Assembly: GCA_045568475.1 (NCBI GenBank)
Contig: JBJLAY010000040.1
Span: 1 to 61,373, forward strand
Direction of reading: 5' to 3'
Length of the DNA: 61,373 nucleotides
Source of the DNA: Candidatus Poseidoniaceae archaeon
GTDB taxonomy: Archaea > Thermoplasmatota > Poseidoniia > Poseidoniales > Poseidoniaceae
In this document: positions 52,373-60,587 of the stretch, in pieces
Layout: every line of letters begins with the position of its first letter
Position numbering within the stretch: the first letter of the stretch is position 1
The notes under the pieces: generated by a model
What the model saw: the letters and a program-made list of their open reading frames with translations, nothing else
Told to the model about the DNA's origin: nothing
Database searches by the model: none
Program-made: the position numbers and the translations under genes

Positions 52373-53614
52373 TTGAAGAGAAATATTTTCGATGGAATTC
52401 TCAACCAGAAGACTCTATTTGTTCAAAAAGAAGTACTGCGCCACACTTACCAGCCAGAATCTCTACCTCACCGAAATGAAGAAAGAGACCAACTTTCATT
52501 CAATCTAGTAGAGGCACTCAAAGGGCATATTCCTTCAAACATGATATTGTACGGCGTGACTGGCGCTGGAAAAACAGCCGTCACTAGATATGTTTGCGAC
52601 CAACTTCAACGCAAGGGTGAATCTATTGGAAGATTTGTTCATCCAGTAATGGTAAACTGTCGACAGATAGATACTCAATACAGGGTTTTATCGCATCTTG
52701 GTAATGCATTACTCGAAGATCATGAGAAAGACGAGATTCCTTTCACAGGCTGGCCAACCGACAGAGTATTCTCTGAATTGGTAAAGAGAATGAACATGCG
52801 TGGAGGCGTATATGTTCTAGTTCTGGATGAAATAGACCATCTAGTAAAGAAAGCTGGGGACGACCTCTTGTACAACCTAACTAATTTGAATGCTGAATTA
52901 GAAAATGCTAGAGCATGTGTAATCGGAATTTCAAATGATCTAAAGTTCACAGATTTCCTTGACCCAAGAGTTCGTAGTAGACTCGGCCAGCAAGATATTG
53001 TATTCAATCCATACAACGCTGAACAGTTGCAGGACATTCTGCGCTCACGTGCTAAACTTGGAATTAATAGTGAATCAATTGGCGCAGGAGTGATTGAATT
53101 GTGTGCTGCCTTGGCTGCTCAAGAGCATGGTGATGCACGTTGTGCTCTCGATTTATTACGCGTATCTACTGAAAAGGCTGAGCAAGAGGGTGTTGACGTG
53201 GTTGAACAGAACCATGTTCGAATCGCCCAAGCTCAAATTGAATCTGACCAAGTAACTCCTGTGATTAGAACTCTACCAACTCAACAAAAGTTAGTACTTG
53301 CATCTGTATTGATCAATGAAAAGAATGGATTGAGAAATATTCAGACTGGTGAAGTTTACCACATCTACAAACAAGCATGCACCCACATTGGGCAGCAATT
53401 CCTGACAGCAAGAAGAATCTCAGGAATTATATCTAATCTTGACATGCTGGGCTTGGTTACAGCAAAAACAATCTCAAGAGGACGATACGGAAGGAGTAAG
53501 GAAATCAATTCATGTATTCCAACAAACATTGACCCATGTGATGTAATGGCAAAGGCAGAACCTACTCTTACCGAGGTTTTCTCGGCAAAGTACCGCCATC
53601 AAAGTCTGCTTTGA
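52373..53614 (+). CDS. cdc6: Orc1/Cdc6 replication initiator
   Basis: AAA+ Walker A LYGVTGAGKTAV and Walker B VLVLDEIDHL, sensor regions, and a C-terminal winged helix (ISNLDMLGLVTAKTISRGRYGRSKEI). The TTG start is preceded by GGAGGTG 8 nt upstream. Confidence 0.9.
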   Translation: MKRNIFDGILNQKTLFVQKEVLRHTYQPESLPHRNEERDQLSFNLVEALKGHIPSNMILYGVTGAGKTAVTRYVCDQLQRKGESIGRFVHPVMVNCRQIDTQYRVLSHLGNALLEDHEKDEIPFTGWPTDRVFSELVKRMNMRGGVYVLVLDEIDHLVKKAGDDLLYNLTNLNAELENARACVIGISNDLKFTDFLDPRVRSRLGQQDIVFNPYNAEQLQDILRSRAKLGINSESIGAGVIELCAALAAQEHGDARCALDLLRVSTEKAEQEGVDVVEQNHVRIAQAQIESDQVTPVIRTLPTQQKLVLASVLINEKNGLRNIQTGEVYHIYKQACTHIGQQFLTARRISGIISNLDMLGLVTAKTISRGRYGRSKEINSCIPTNIDPCDVMAKAEPTLTEVFSAKYRHQSLL

Positions 53615-53629
53615 TACATTTACAGCCTA

Positions 53630-54229
53630 TTGAGGGCTATGCCAAGACTCTTAAACGCGTCCAAGGTCGAACGGCGCATGAGCACTGATGTTGAGAATGG
53701 AAAGAACGGTATGTTCGAGATTCTGACACAACCCTCGAAAACCTTGGCAACATGGTATTTCTGGATAGGTAGCCTCGGATTATTCCTTGCTGTACTGAAC
53801 CTGACAAACAATATTCATCCAAACTACCATGTTTCATGGGGCGGACTGCTTACCTTCGAATATACCAATGATGCATTCGGGGACAAAGACACTGCTGCTG
53901 CATTCGCAATTGGAGATGCAGTATTCATCATGCTGTGCGGCGGAATTGCTGCACTTGGAGTCCGCACTCTATCAGGGGAAGACGGAATTGGAGAATGGGT
54001 GTCATCAATGCTTACTAGTAAATGGTACAACGACCTTGTCGAACCAGGTAATGGTGGCTGGTCACTAATCGTCGGTACATGGTCGATGTTAGGAAGTATC
54101 GTATTCTACTTCTACTGGGGAATCACTTCCACAACATGGATTGACCCTGGTGTATATTCATGGTCGATCGCTATGATGGCTGTTGGATTAGTACTACGAA
54201 TGCTCGCATCTGTCGAACAGGAAGAATAA
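53630..54229 (+). CDS. Hypothetical membrane protein (4-5 TM)
   Basis: 199-aa ORF with several hydrophobic helices. No family recognised, and the start is uncertain. Confidence 0.45.
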   Translation: MRAMPRLLNASKVERRMSTDVENGKNGMFEILTQPSKTLATWYFWIGSLGLFLAVLNLTNNIHPNYHVSWGGLLTFEYTNDAFGDKDTAAAFAIGDAVFIMLCGGIAALGVRTLSGEDGIGEWVSSMLTSKWYNDLVEPGNGGWSLIVGTWSMLGSIVFYFYWGITSTTWIDPGVYSWSIAMMAVGLVLRMLASVEQEE

Positions 54230-55246
54230 TCAGTGCCCGTTTCGACGTAATAAAGCGTCTAAATAACCCTGCATAATTCCAATCCATAGTGTTAATGACC
54301 AAGTAATCAATACGAATAATGGCTTGATTCCATTCTTAGGCAAGTGACTTCTAAAGAATGAAGATGCCCAGAATAATGGAAGAAGTGAAAGTAATAGCAC
54401 TTCCCTAGATAGTGAGTAATAAGCTGAATCTGTATTAATCTCATCATAAGAAAGTAAGTTTTCGATGTATAACGATGTACTAAAACATCCCATGACTAGC
54501 AAAGGAACCATCCACAGAACAATCCATGAAGAACCGATAAAGTCGTGCTTTACTCCTTTGTATCTGCGATGAATACGGACGTGTGCTCTAGCATCTCTTC
54601 TTCTCTTATGCAAAAATCTTCCAAGACCAGTTTCAGGAATATGATTTACCACAGCATTTGGAGTATATACAATAGTTCCACCATCCTGAACTAACTTCAG
54701 TGATACTTCCATATCTTCTGCATGATACCAAGAAGGGTCGAAACCGCCTATCGAGCGCAACCTTTCTGTCAAAAACATCGAACAGGGACCGTTTGCTAAT
54801 TTCGTGCTACGTGGACGAGATCGATATTTTGATTCAATTTCAACAGACCTTATCCTCGATATCACATCGTCTGCTTGCCCGAATACAGTCCTTCCAGTTA
54901 CTGCAACTACCTCTTCTCCATCTCTAGATCTAGAGACTTCAAGCATTCTTTCAATCCAATCCTTTTCTGGTCTAACATCAATATCTGTAATTGCAAACCA
55001 ATCACCGTTTGCAGATTCTAATGCTGCCATCCTACCTGCTGATAATCCAATAGCACTTTGATTTATGACGGTAACTAGTTCATGTCCAGCCCAGTCTTTG
55101 ACCTTATCTTGGCTTCCATCACTTGAACCGTCGTCGACTAAAATTATCTCAATAGGACTGTGAGTTTGATTGACTAATGAATCAAGACAACCATCAATCC
55201 AATCAATACCGTCTCTAACGCAAACAGCAACTGAAACAAGAGTCAT
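54230..55246 (-). CDS. Family 2 glycosyltransferase with a C-terminal TM region
   Basis: MTLVSVAVCVRDGIDWIDGCLDSLVNQTHSPIEIILVDDGSSDGS ... TDIDV (DxD). The ATG at 55246 overlaps the stop of the upstream PPAT-DPCK gene (ATGA). Confidence 0.8.
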   Translation of the reverse strand: MTLVSVAVCVRDGIDWIDGCLDSLVNQTHSPIEIILVDDGSSDGSQDKVKDWAGHELVTVINQSAIGLSAGRMAALESANGDWFAITDIDVRPEKDWIERMLEVSRSRDGEEVVAVTGRTVFGQADDVISRIRSVEIESKYRSRPRSTKLANGPCSMFLTERLRSIGGFDPSWYHAEDMEVSLKLVQDGGTIVYTPNAVVNHIPETGLGRFLHKRRRDARAHVRIHRRYKGVKHDFIGSSWIVLWMVPLLVMGCFSTSLYIENLLSYDEINTDSAYYSLSREVLLLSLLPLFWASSFFRSHLPKNGIKPLFVLITWSLTLWIGIMQGYLDALLRRNGH

Positions 55247-56232
55247 TCTTTCACCCCGAATCTGGACAATAACCCTCGGCACTGTTCTTTGGCCTCCAGA
55301 CTTGTGATTCTGAGAACTACACCTTTACCGGGCTGCCCATAAATCACATTAGTGCCTAATGGGGCTAGCAAATGAACAATAATTGGAGCGAGATCTTCTT
55401 CGCCTTCAACCTCGATACAAGTGGTCTGATCGTTATGTAGAGCGGCGTGTATGGAATCGATGAGTGATGGCGTAATGGCACCTGCCGGGTTATCGGCCTT
55501 TAGGAGGATATCGAATGAAGATAAGTCGACTTTATCGGTAAGTTCGCTTCTCTTAGTCATTCCATCTACTAAACCAATATCTGGAGTTACGCCCATATCC
55601 AATAGAGCCTCAACACTAACATCTCCTACTGCTATAATTCCGCCCGGCGCAATGTTCTCCATTGCTGCAGACATTGCGACTTCAGGAGATTCTTCTGGAC
55701 CAAGGAATAATTCGCCGGCTGGCTCTTTTAGTTCAGCATCCAAACCTCTGTGGAAGAGGTATGTCTTACTCCTATCAGATTCATTCAACCATTGTTTACC
55801 ATTTTTATCAATAAGGCCTGCTCTTATTCTGGTACTGGAAATGATTCCTCCAGTCTCATCTAGAGTGTGTGAAACTTCAATGATTTCAAGGGGTACAAGT
55901 CCATTTTTCAACCTAATTTCATTAATTGATTGGCAATTACTCAATGTTTCAGGAGTGCAGATTATGCTGTCACAGTCTTTTCGAATGGGCGCAGGACCCA
56001 TGCTATCTTCCAGCTCATGGGTTGAAATCCTTTCATCTGCCCAAGCAAGTATAGCTTCTCTACGATCTTCGAATGATTGTAGGAATGGTGATTTTGAAGC
56101 CGACATCGCATCATTTGTTATCCAAACCTCGACTAATTCAGCAACTTCAAGAGCAGTAAGAAGCAATTCCTTGTGGCCATCGTGAAACCTATCGAAGGTG
56201 CCGCCTACTAAGCAGCGTTCCAACTTCGCCAT
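55243..56232 (-). CDS. Fusion of archaeal-type phosphopantetheine adenylyltransferase (PPAT) and a DUF359-type dephospho-CoA kinase
   Basis: N-terminal half: VGGTFDRFHDGHKELL (HxGH) and IISSTRIR (ISSTxIR), as in cytidylyltransferase-like archaeal PPAT. C-terminal half: LKEPAGEL, AVGDVSVEAL, PDIGLVDGMTKR, NPAGAITP, VEGEEDLAPI..APLGTNVIYGQPGKGVVL, matching DUF359/UPF0218. The start is probably ATG 56232 (track 56262). Confidence 0.7.
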   Translation of the reverse strand: MAKLERCLVGGTFDRFHDGHKELLLTALEVAELVEVWITNDAMSASKSPFLQSFEDRREAILAWADERISTHELEDSMGPAPIRKDCDSIICTPETLSNCQSINEIRLKNGLVPLEIIEVSHTLDETGGIISSTRIRAGLIDKNGKQWLNESDRSKTYLFHRGLDAELKEPAGELFLGPEESPEVAMSAAMENIAPGGIIAVGDVSVEALLDMGVTPDIGLVDGMTKRSELTDKVDLSSFDILLKADNPAGAITPSLIDSIHAALHNDQTTCIEVEGEEDLAPIIVHLLAPLGTNVIYGQPGKGVVLRITSLEAKEQCRGLLSRFGVKE

Positions 56233-56274
56233 ACTATCGACTGTGTTTGGATGGCTATTCAATGAATCGCAAAG

Positions 56275-56555
56275 AAAGCTGTGCCCCGACCCGTAACAGC
56301 CCCTGTCACAGTCTCCTCGGGAGCTTGACCCAGGGTCAGGGCTTATCTGTGCAGCCGGTTGGTTGTCTCACTCTCATACTCTCGTCCAGCGAGGACCCAT
56401 TACCGACCACATTGTCCATCGGTTTGCATCAGAGGTCATTCTCCGAGGAGTCACCCTGGTCTTCGTCGATGGCACGTGGCCGCTATCATTGGTATCGCAG
56501 TTCACTGAGCGGACGCTCTCCGTGCGATGTTGCATGTGCGGCCAATTGGCTCTCA
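56275..56555. ncRNA. Candidate structured non-coding RNA (identity and strand unresolved; SRP RNA or RNase P RNA size class)
   Basis: About 300-nt gap between two minus-strand CDS. My manual count gives 140 G+C in 240 nt (56281-56520, about 58%), against visibly lower GC in the flanks. The region is open in several frames on both strands, but the translations are not protein-like. It has multiple stable local and long-range helices (see finding). I could not find diagnostic SRP or RNase P motifs. Confidence 0.35.
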
Positions 56556-56562
56556 AAGCACA

Positions 56563-58848
56563 TCATTGTTGAAACCGTCGGTGTAGAGCAAGATGGATTT
56601 CTTGGTTGAAGTCAGTAGTCAGTGGCGGCTCAGGCATCTGCTTTTGGAATAGCCAACCTGCTAATGGGTGGCTTTTTCCTGAAACGGGAGGTCTTCCTTC
56701 TTCTGCAGCCTTTAGAGCCTCTGCAACATCCTCTAACGAATCTGTCCCAATGCCTTCAGGCATGTGATGAACCAGGACCAAATCTTCTGCTTTCAAATCT
56801 TGCTCAAACAATATAGCGGCCCAAGGTAAGTCTAGTAGAGAAAGTGCTGAACGACCTAGGGTTGATGACATACACATCAATAACCAAGAGGTTGATTGAT
56901 TTTTCCATAATGAAAAGTGGACATCTTCCATTATTCCTAACGCATCTTCGCGCTCAAAGTTATCTTGATTCAATAACTTACTATGATGAGGGCATGCAAC
57001 TACTAAACGTTCGATTCCAGGTTTGTTCCAATTCTTACGTAGTACTTCCGAAACTTCTAATGGATTTGATAACCATGTATCGGTCACATCCAATTCTTCC
57101 TCGAACCATTCTGAACTGAGTAGTATTACAGTTGCTATGGCGGGATGGTGTGTATCAAGTGAAATTATACTGAGGGGATTGTTCCTTATTCTCTCCATTA
57201 GAATGACTAGTGCATCACTGTCCACTAATGCGAGATCTGCAAGAGTGGAAGTGTCAAAGTCATCCAAAGTCGCTAAGGTTGCCCATACTGGATTCAGGTA
57301 TTCTCCAATCCTCCTCCATCTAGCAGATTGGCCCGCCCTTGGTGTCGCAATCCATGCTGCAAGTGGGAAACTTTTCTCGTGGCGGTCAGCCCATTCTTCA
57401 TCCCCGTTTGCCAATTTACATGCCTGCCACATTGCTTCGATTTGATTATCTGAATTTTTGGCAGAAGATGAATTGCCCCTTCTCAATTCTCTAGGATTCG
57501 AAGGAGGGATCCAATCGTTTGGTACAGAAATTTCTGAATCAATACTAATTGGCAGATGAAGACGGCCAGGCATTTCCAAATCGAATTTACCTTGGCCCTC
57601 TTGTGAGGTAAGAACAAAAGGTAAGCCGATATCAGGTATTTCGCAAATTACCATTCTACATTTGCCATCACTGGCAAACCTAGTTAACAAATTATGATTA
57701 GCAGGCCAACGCCAATCCAAAACAATAGGAAGATTAGAAGCTTCTAATGAAAAATTGACAATAGATTCTGCAGCACGTTGCGAAATAGATCTAGTATCGA
57801 TTATATTGTCAAAACTATCTGTCCAAACTCTTCCGGGAAAATCATTCAACACTTTTCTTGTTAATGCATTAGATGATGAGTTTTCAAGATCCTCTAGAAG
57901 GCGATTGTATTTTTCATCAATCGATTTTTGACCAAGCCTAGGGTGAATTAATTTCAACCAATTTCTAAGTATACCCCTCGGCAAAGGGTTTGCAGGAATA
58001 GATAGAAGATCGCCATCAACTATTTTCAAGGATTTCGAAGGAGCATTTCTAACAATCAAAGATCTTTCACTTCGGCGACCTAATCTGGCATGGACTCCAC
58101 CTCTAGGCCTTACTTGTGGACCCGAATTACCCGCTCTTCCAATAGCTGCATCACCATCACGTAACACATCAGGTAGTTCGGGCCAGTGCCCAGATGGTAA
58201 AGATGTGAACCAACTTCCCACTCCTAATGGCCATGGCTTGGAATCCTGTAGAAGTTTAGCTCGGACAACTCCCATCACTTTCGGTCGTTCCATCCAAGCG
58301 GTAAGTGTCATTGGACTAGCATCTGTAGGAGCCACGGCTCGACGCATAGATTCCAAATCCCACCACACTGGATCTTCTCCTCTTTGTACAGCCCACTGCC
58401 ATGATATTGACGCCCCCTCATTTCCACTGGAGTTTTCTAATACTCCACTTTCATCATTCATAGGTCTATCAGGCAGGCCAAGAAGAGGTCCTGCTGGCAT
58501 AGATGCGTAACCAAGTAGTAACATTGAGCCTTCTCGTGCTAGCACAATTCCAGCCGCACCAGGAGGTGGAGGCCATCTTACTAGTTCGTCCAAACGAGCT
58601 AAACCATCTCCTTCTAGACGACTCAATCCCTGAGATGAAAGTCGATACCTAGAACCGCGTAAATTGTGATCATCTCGGGCTACGTCCCCCGATTCACGCA
58701 ATTTCTTCAATGCTGCAGATGCGTGTGGAACTCTAAGTCCCAATGCATTGGAAACCTCAGTTACGGTCCCTCCGCCATCTGCCAACCAATCTAGGATTCT
58801 TCGTTGGTAAGTGGAACGAATACGGTTACTTCGCACCATTGTCACCAA
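56563..58848 (-). CDS. Large hypothetical protein with an N-terminal winged-helix DNA-binding domain
   Basis: 761 aa. N-terminus RRILDWLADGGGTVTEVSNALGLRVPHASAALKKLRESGDVARD (ArsR/MarR/TrmB-like wHTH). The remaining ~680 aa have no recognisable motif. Start is TTG 58848 or ATG 58839. Confidence 0.6.
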   Translation of the reverse strand: MVTMVRSNRIRSTYQRRILDWLADGGGTVTEVSNALGLRVPHASAALKKLRESGDVARDDHNLRGSRYRLSSQGLSRLEGDGLARLDELVRWPPPPGAAGIVLAREGSMLLLGYASMPAGPLLGLPDRPMNDESGVLENSSGNEGASISWQWAVQRGEDPVWWDLESMRRAVAPTDASPMTLTAWMERPKVMGVVRAKLLQDSKPWPLGVGSWFTSLPSGHWPELPDVLRDGDAAIGRAGNSGPQVRPRGGVHARLGRRSERSLIVRNAPSKSLKIVDGDLLSIPANPLPRGILRNWLKLIHPRLGQKSIDEKYNRLLEDLENSSSNALTRKVLNDFPGRVWTDSFDNIIDTRSISQRAAESIVNFSLEASNLPIVLDWRWPANHNLLTRFASDGKCRMVICEIPDIGLPFVLTSQEGQGKFDLEMPGRLHLPISIDSEISVPNDWIPPSNPRELRRGNSSSAKNSDNQIEAMWQACKLANGDEEWADRHEKSFPLAAWIATPRAGQSARWRRIGEYLNPVWATLATLDDFDTSTLADLALVDSDALVILMERIRNNPLSIISLDTHHPAIATVILLSSEWFEEELDVTDTWLSNPLEVSEVLRKNWNKPGIERLVVACPHHSKLLNQDNFEREDALGIMEDVHFSLWKNQSTSWLLMCMSSTLGRSALSLLDLPWAAILFEQDLKAEDLVLVHHMPEGIGTDSLEDVAEALKAAEEGRPPVSGKSHPLAGWLFQKQMPEPPLTTDFNQEIHLALHRRFQQ

Positions 58849-58890
58849 ACTATACCACTAACCCCTCTCATATCAAAATTTCTGCTTACT

Positions 58891-58919
58891 TTAACTTAAC
58901 TTGTTACATTTTGTTACAT
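58891..58919. promoter_or_regulatory. Phased direct repeats in the divergent promoter region (ttaac-ttaac, then ttgttacat x2 with a 10-bp period)
   Basis: ttaacttaac at 58891-58900; ttgttacat at 58901-58909 and 58911-58919. These lie 43-71 nt upstream of the 761-aa wHTH gene start. Confidence 0.35.
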
Positions 58920-59110
58920 ATTTCCACTGGAGATTGTAATTAATAAACTCGGTTTAACAATAAAACCACTATTTACTTCGTTTTTTGAGTCAGTTAATGT
59001 AACTTCGAACGGTTCGTCGGCAGAACGGTTATATGGGCTGCTTCGCTCCTTGAGGTTAACGGCCCACCCGACACGCAGGATTTGGCCGGATGACAAGGAG
59101 GAGATGACAA

Positions 59111-59437
59111 ATGAAGACAGTAAGAATACGTGAGAAAATCAAGAAGTTCCTAGGTGACCGCCCTCGCAACACGGCAGAGATCTTGGAACACATTAACAGT
59201 ACTATGCGCCATGGCACCACTAGTCAGCAATTAGGAAATGTACTCTCCAAGGACAAAGACATCGTCAAAGTAGGATACATCAAGAGGTCCGGCATTCTTT
59301 CTGGCGGATACGACATCTGCGAATGGGCTACTCGAACATGGGTAGCTGATAACTGCCCAGGATGGGAAGAAGGTCAACCACTAATCATCGACTCTGAAGG
59401 AAACGTTCAGACAAACGATTTGATTAGGCGCAACTGA
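59111..59437 (+). CDS. Small hypothetical protein, probable winged-helix
   Basis: 108 aa. Strong SD (AAGGAGGAG) 7 nt before the ATG. KIKKFLGDRPRNTAEILEHINSTMRHGTTSQQLGNVLSKDKDIVKVG looks like an HTH plus wing. Confidence 0.55.
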   Translation: MKTVRIREKIKKFLGDRPRNTAEILEHINSTMRHGTTSQQLGNVLSKDKDIVKVGYIKRSGILSGGYDICEWATRTWVADNCPGWEEGQPLIIDSEGNVQTNDLIRRN

Positions 59438-59446
59438 TTGATTCAG

Positions 59447-59548
59447 ATGACAATAAGACTACCTGCTACAAGCGGGATGTGTATTTTTTGCGGTGGCCTA
59501 GTCGTAGGATCAGTCTGTACATCTTGCGGAATGGTTCAAAATTACTGA
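59447..59548 (+). CDS. Possible 33-aa mini zinc-ribbon peptide
   Basis: My own translation gives MTIRLPATSGMCIFCGGLVVGSVCTSCGMVQNY (CxxC-x8-CxxC). It starts 10 nt after the preceding stop, and its last 7 nt overlap the convergent aldolase gene end. It is below the ORF-track size cut-off. Confidence 0.25.
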   Translation: MTIRLPATSGMCIFCGGLVVGSVCTSCGMVQNY

Positions 59549-60492
59549 CCACTGTAAATTGCAAGGGCTTCTTCAAGACCAGCTCCATCACAAATAACCG
59601 CTTTACATGCAGCAGTCATTCTAACCGCATCTTCTGTGCCTTTTTGGTGAATATTCCTCCCAGTAGCCGCTCCTCTACAACCAGAAACTTGCATCTGTTG
59701 AACTAATCGCTCTAAGAATTCCTCAGGCGGAAGAGATCCTCCTCCTGAACATATGATACCACAGCGACCTGCAGCCTCTGCGGCTATGCCTAAACTTTCA
59801 GGTTGCGTCATTCCTTCGAAAGCACGTGGGTAGTTCACTTTAGCAAAATCTGCACCTAAACAGCCAGCAACACCTGCGGCCCCAGATATTAACTGGGGAT
59901 CTTTCTCGTCAGTTACTGCTTTTCCACGAGGGTACATCCAAACAACTGAAATCATTCCCATTTCATGTGCTTGGCGGATGAAAGTTGCCGCTTCTGTTAG
60001 CATTTCGTGCTCATATTCTGAGCCAATGTAGACTGTATAGCCGATTCCAACAACATTAATTCCATTGTGAAGTAATGATGCTACATCATCTAAATCCCAA
60101 AGAGCCTGTGATACGGGATCTCTTTGACTGGTTCCAACCATATGAGATTTTGAGTTGAGTTTTACCAAGTAAGGGAGTTGGGGATAATCTCTCGCATACT
60201 GAGATATCAATCCTAATTGTCCAGCGAATACACCGATTGTACCTTGAGCATGAGCCTTAGCACCTATCTCGAAAAGGTGCTTAGGGTCATTAGATGACAA
60301 TGGTATATTTTTACCACCATCGTAGAAGTCGTCATTGAGGTGCTCAATCTTCTGGTCACAAGCAAAAAGATTCATTTTGCCTGTACCACAAGTCGCTGCA
60401 TCCATGTTATCGATAAATGTCTCGATAAGTTCGTCAGGAACATCTGCTGGAACATGGTACTTGGTCGCCATCAAACCGCCGACTTTACTCAA
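59542..60492 (-). CDS. Class I fructose-bisphosphate aldolase family (FbaB/DhnA-type; could instead be the related ADH synthase)
   Basis: ...GTGKMNLFACDQKIEH... aligns with the FbaB LSILPVDQGVEH region. The Schiff-base Lys context is GADFAKVNYP. TIM-barrel length (~310 aa). Confidence 0.75.
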   Translation of the reverse strand: MSKVGGLMATKYHVPADVPDELIETFIDNMDAATCGTGKMNLFACDQKIEHLNDDFYDGGKNIPLSSNDPKHLFEIGAKAHAQGTIGVFAGQLGLISQYARDYPQLPYLVKLNSKSHMVGTSQRDPVSQALWDLDDVASLLHNGINVVGIGYTVYIGSEYEHEMLTEAATFIRQAHEMGMISVVWMYPRGKAVTDEKDPQLISGAAGVAGCLGADFAKVNYPRAFEGMTQPESLGIAAEAAGRCGIICSGGGSLPPEEFLERLVQQMQVSGCRGAATGRNIHQKGTEDAVRMTAACKAVICDGAGLEEALAIYSGQ

Positions 60493-60587
60493 GGACTTGA
60501 AAACATCGTTTCCAAAATAGGCAAGTTCGAAAAATATATTGTAATAATAATGAAAGAAATATATGCTACTTTTTGAATCTTATAGCC

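Noticed and set aside
55451-56185. A 244-aa plus-strand ORF inside the PPAT-DPCK gene. Similar long antisense ORFs occur elsewhere (2853..3404, 16698..17333, 12589..12906, 25784..26266, 26399..26845, 18633..19031).
   Set aside because: All lie fully inside strongly supported genes on the other strand. They have Ser/Pro/Arg-biased, motif-free translations, so they are typical shadow ORFs.
56328-56358. A possible SRP RNA domain IV (CCAGGGUCAGGGCUUAUCUGUGCAGCC versus E. coli 4.5S CCAGGUCAGGUCCGGAAGGAAGCAGCC). I also searched for RNase P CR-I (GAGGAAAGUCC) and CR-V (ACAGAA..CGGCUUA).
   Set aside because: The apical hairpin with its GNRA tetraloop and the AGCA loop are missing, and the element sits too close to the 5' end for a 7S-type RNA. 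No convincing RNase P conserved regions appear on either strand. I therefore did not name the RNA.
56247-56609. The 120-aa plus-strand ORF, with the overlapping 69-aa (+) and 60-aa (-) ORFs.
   Set aside because: Several frames on both strands are open at once and the composition is Ser/Cys/Arg-rich with no motif. This fits a GC-rich structured RNA region better than a CDS, and it is reported as an ncRNA candidate instead.
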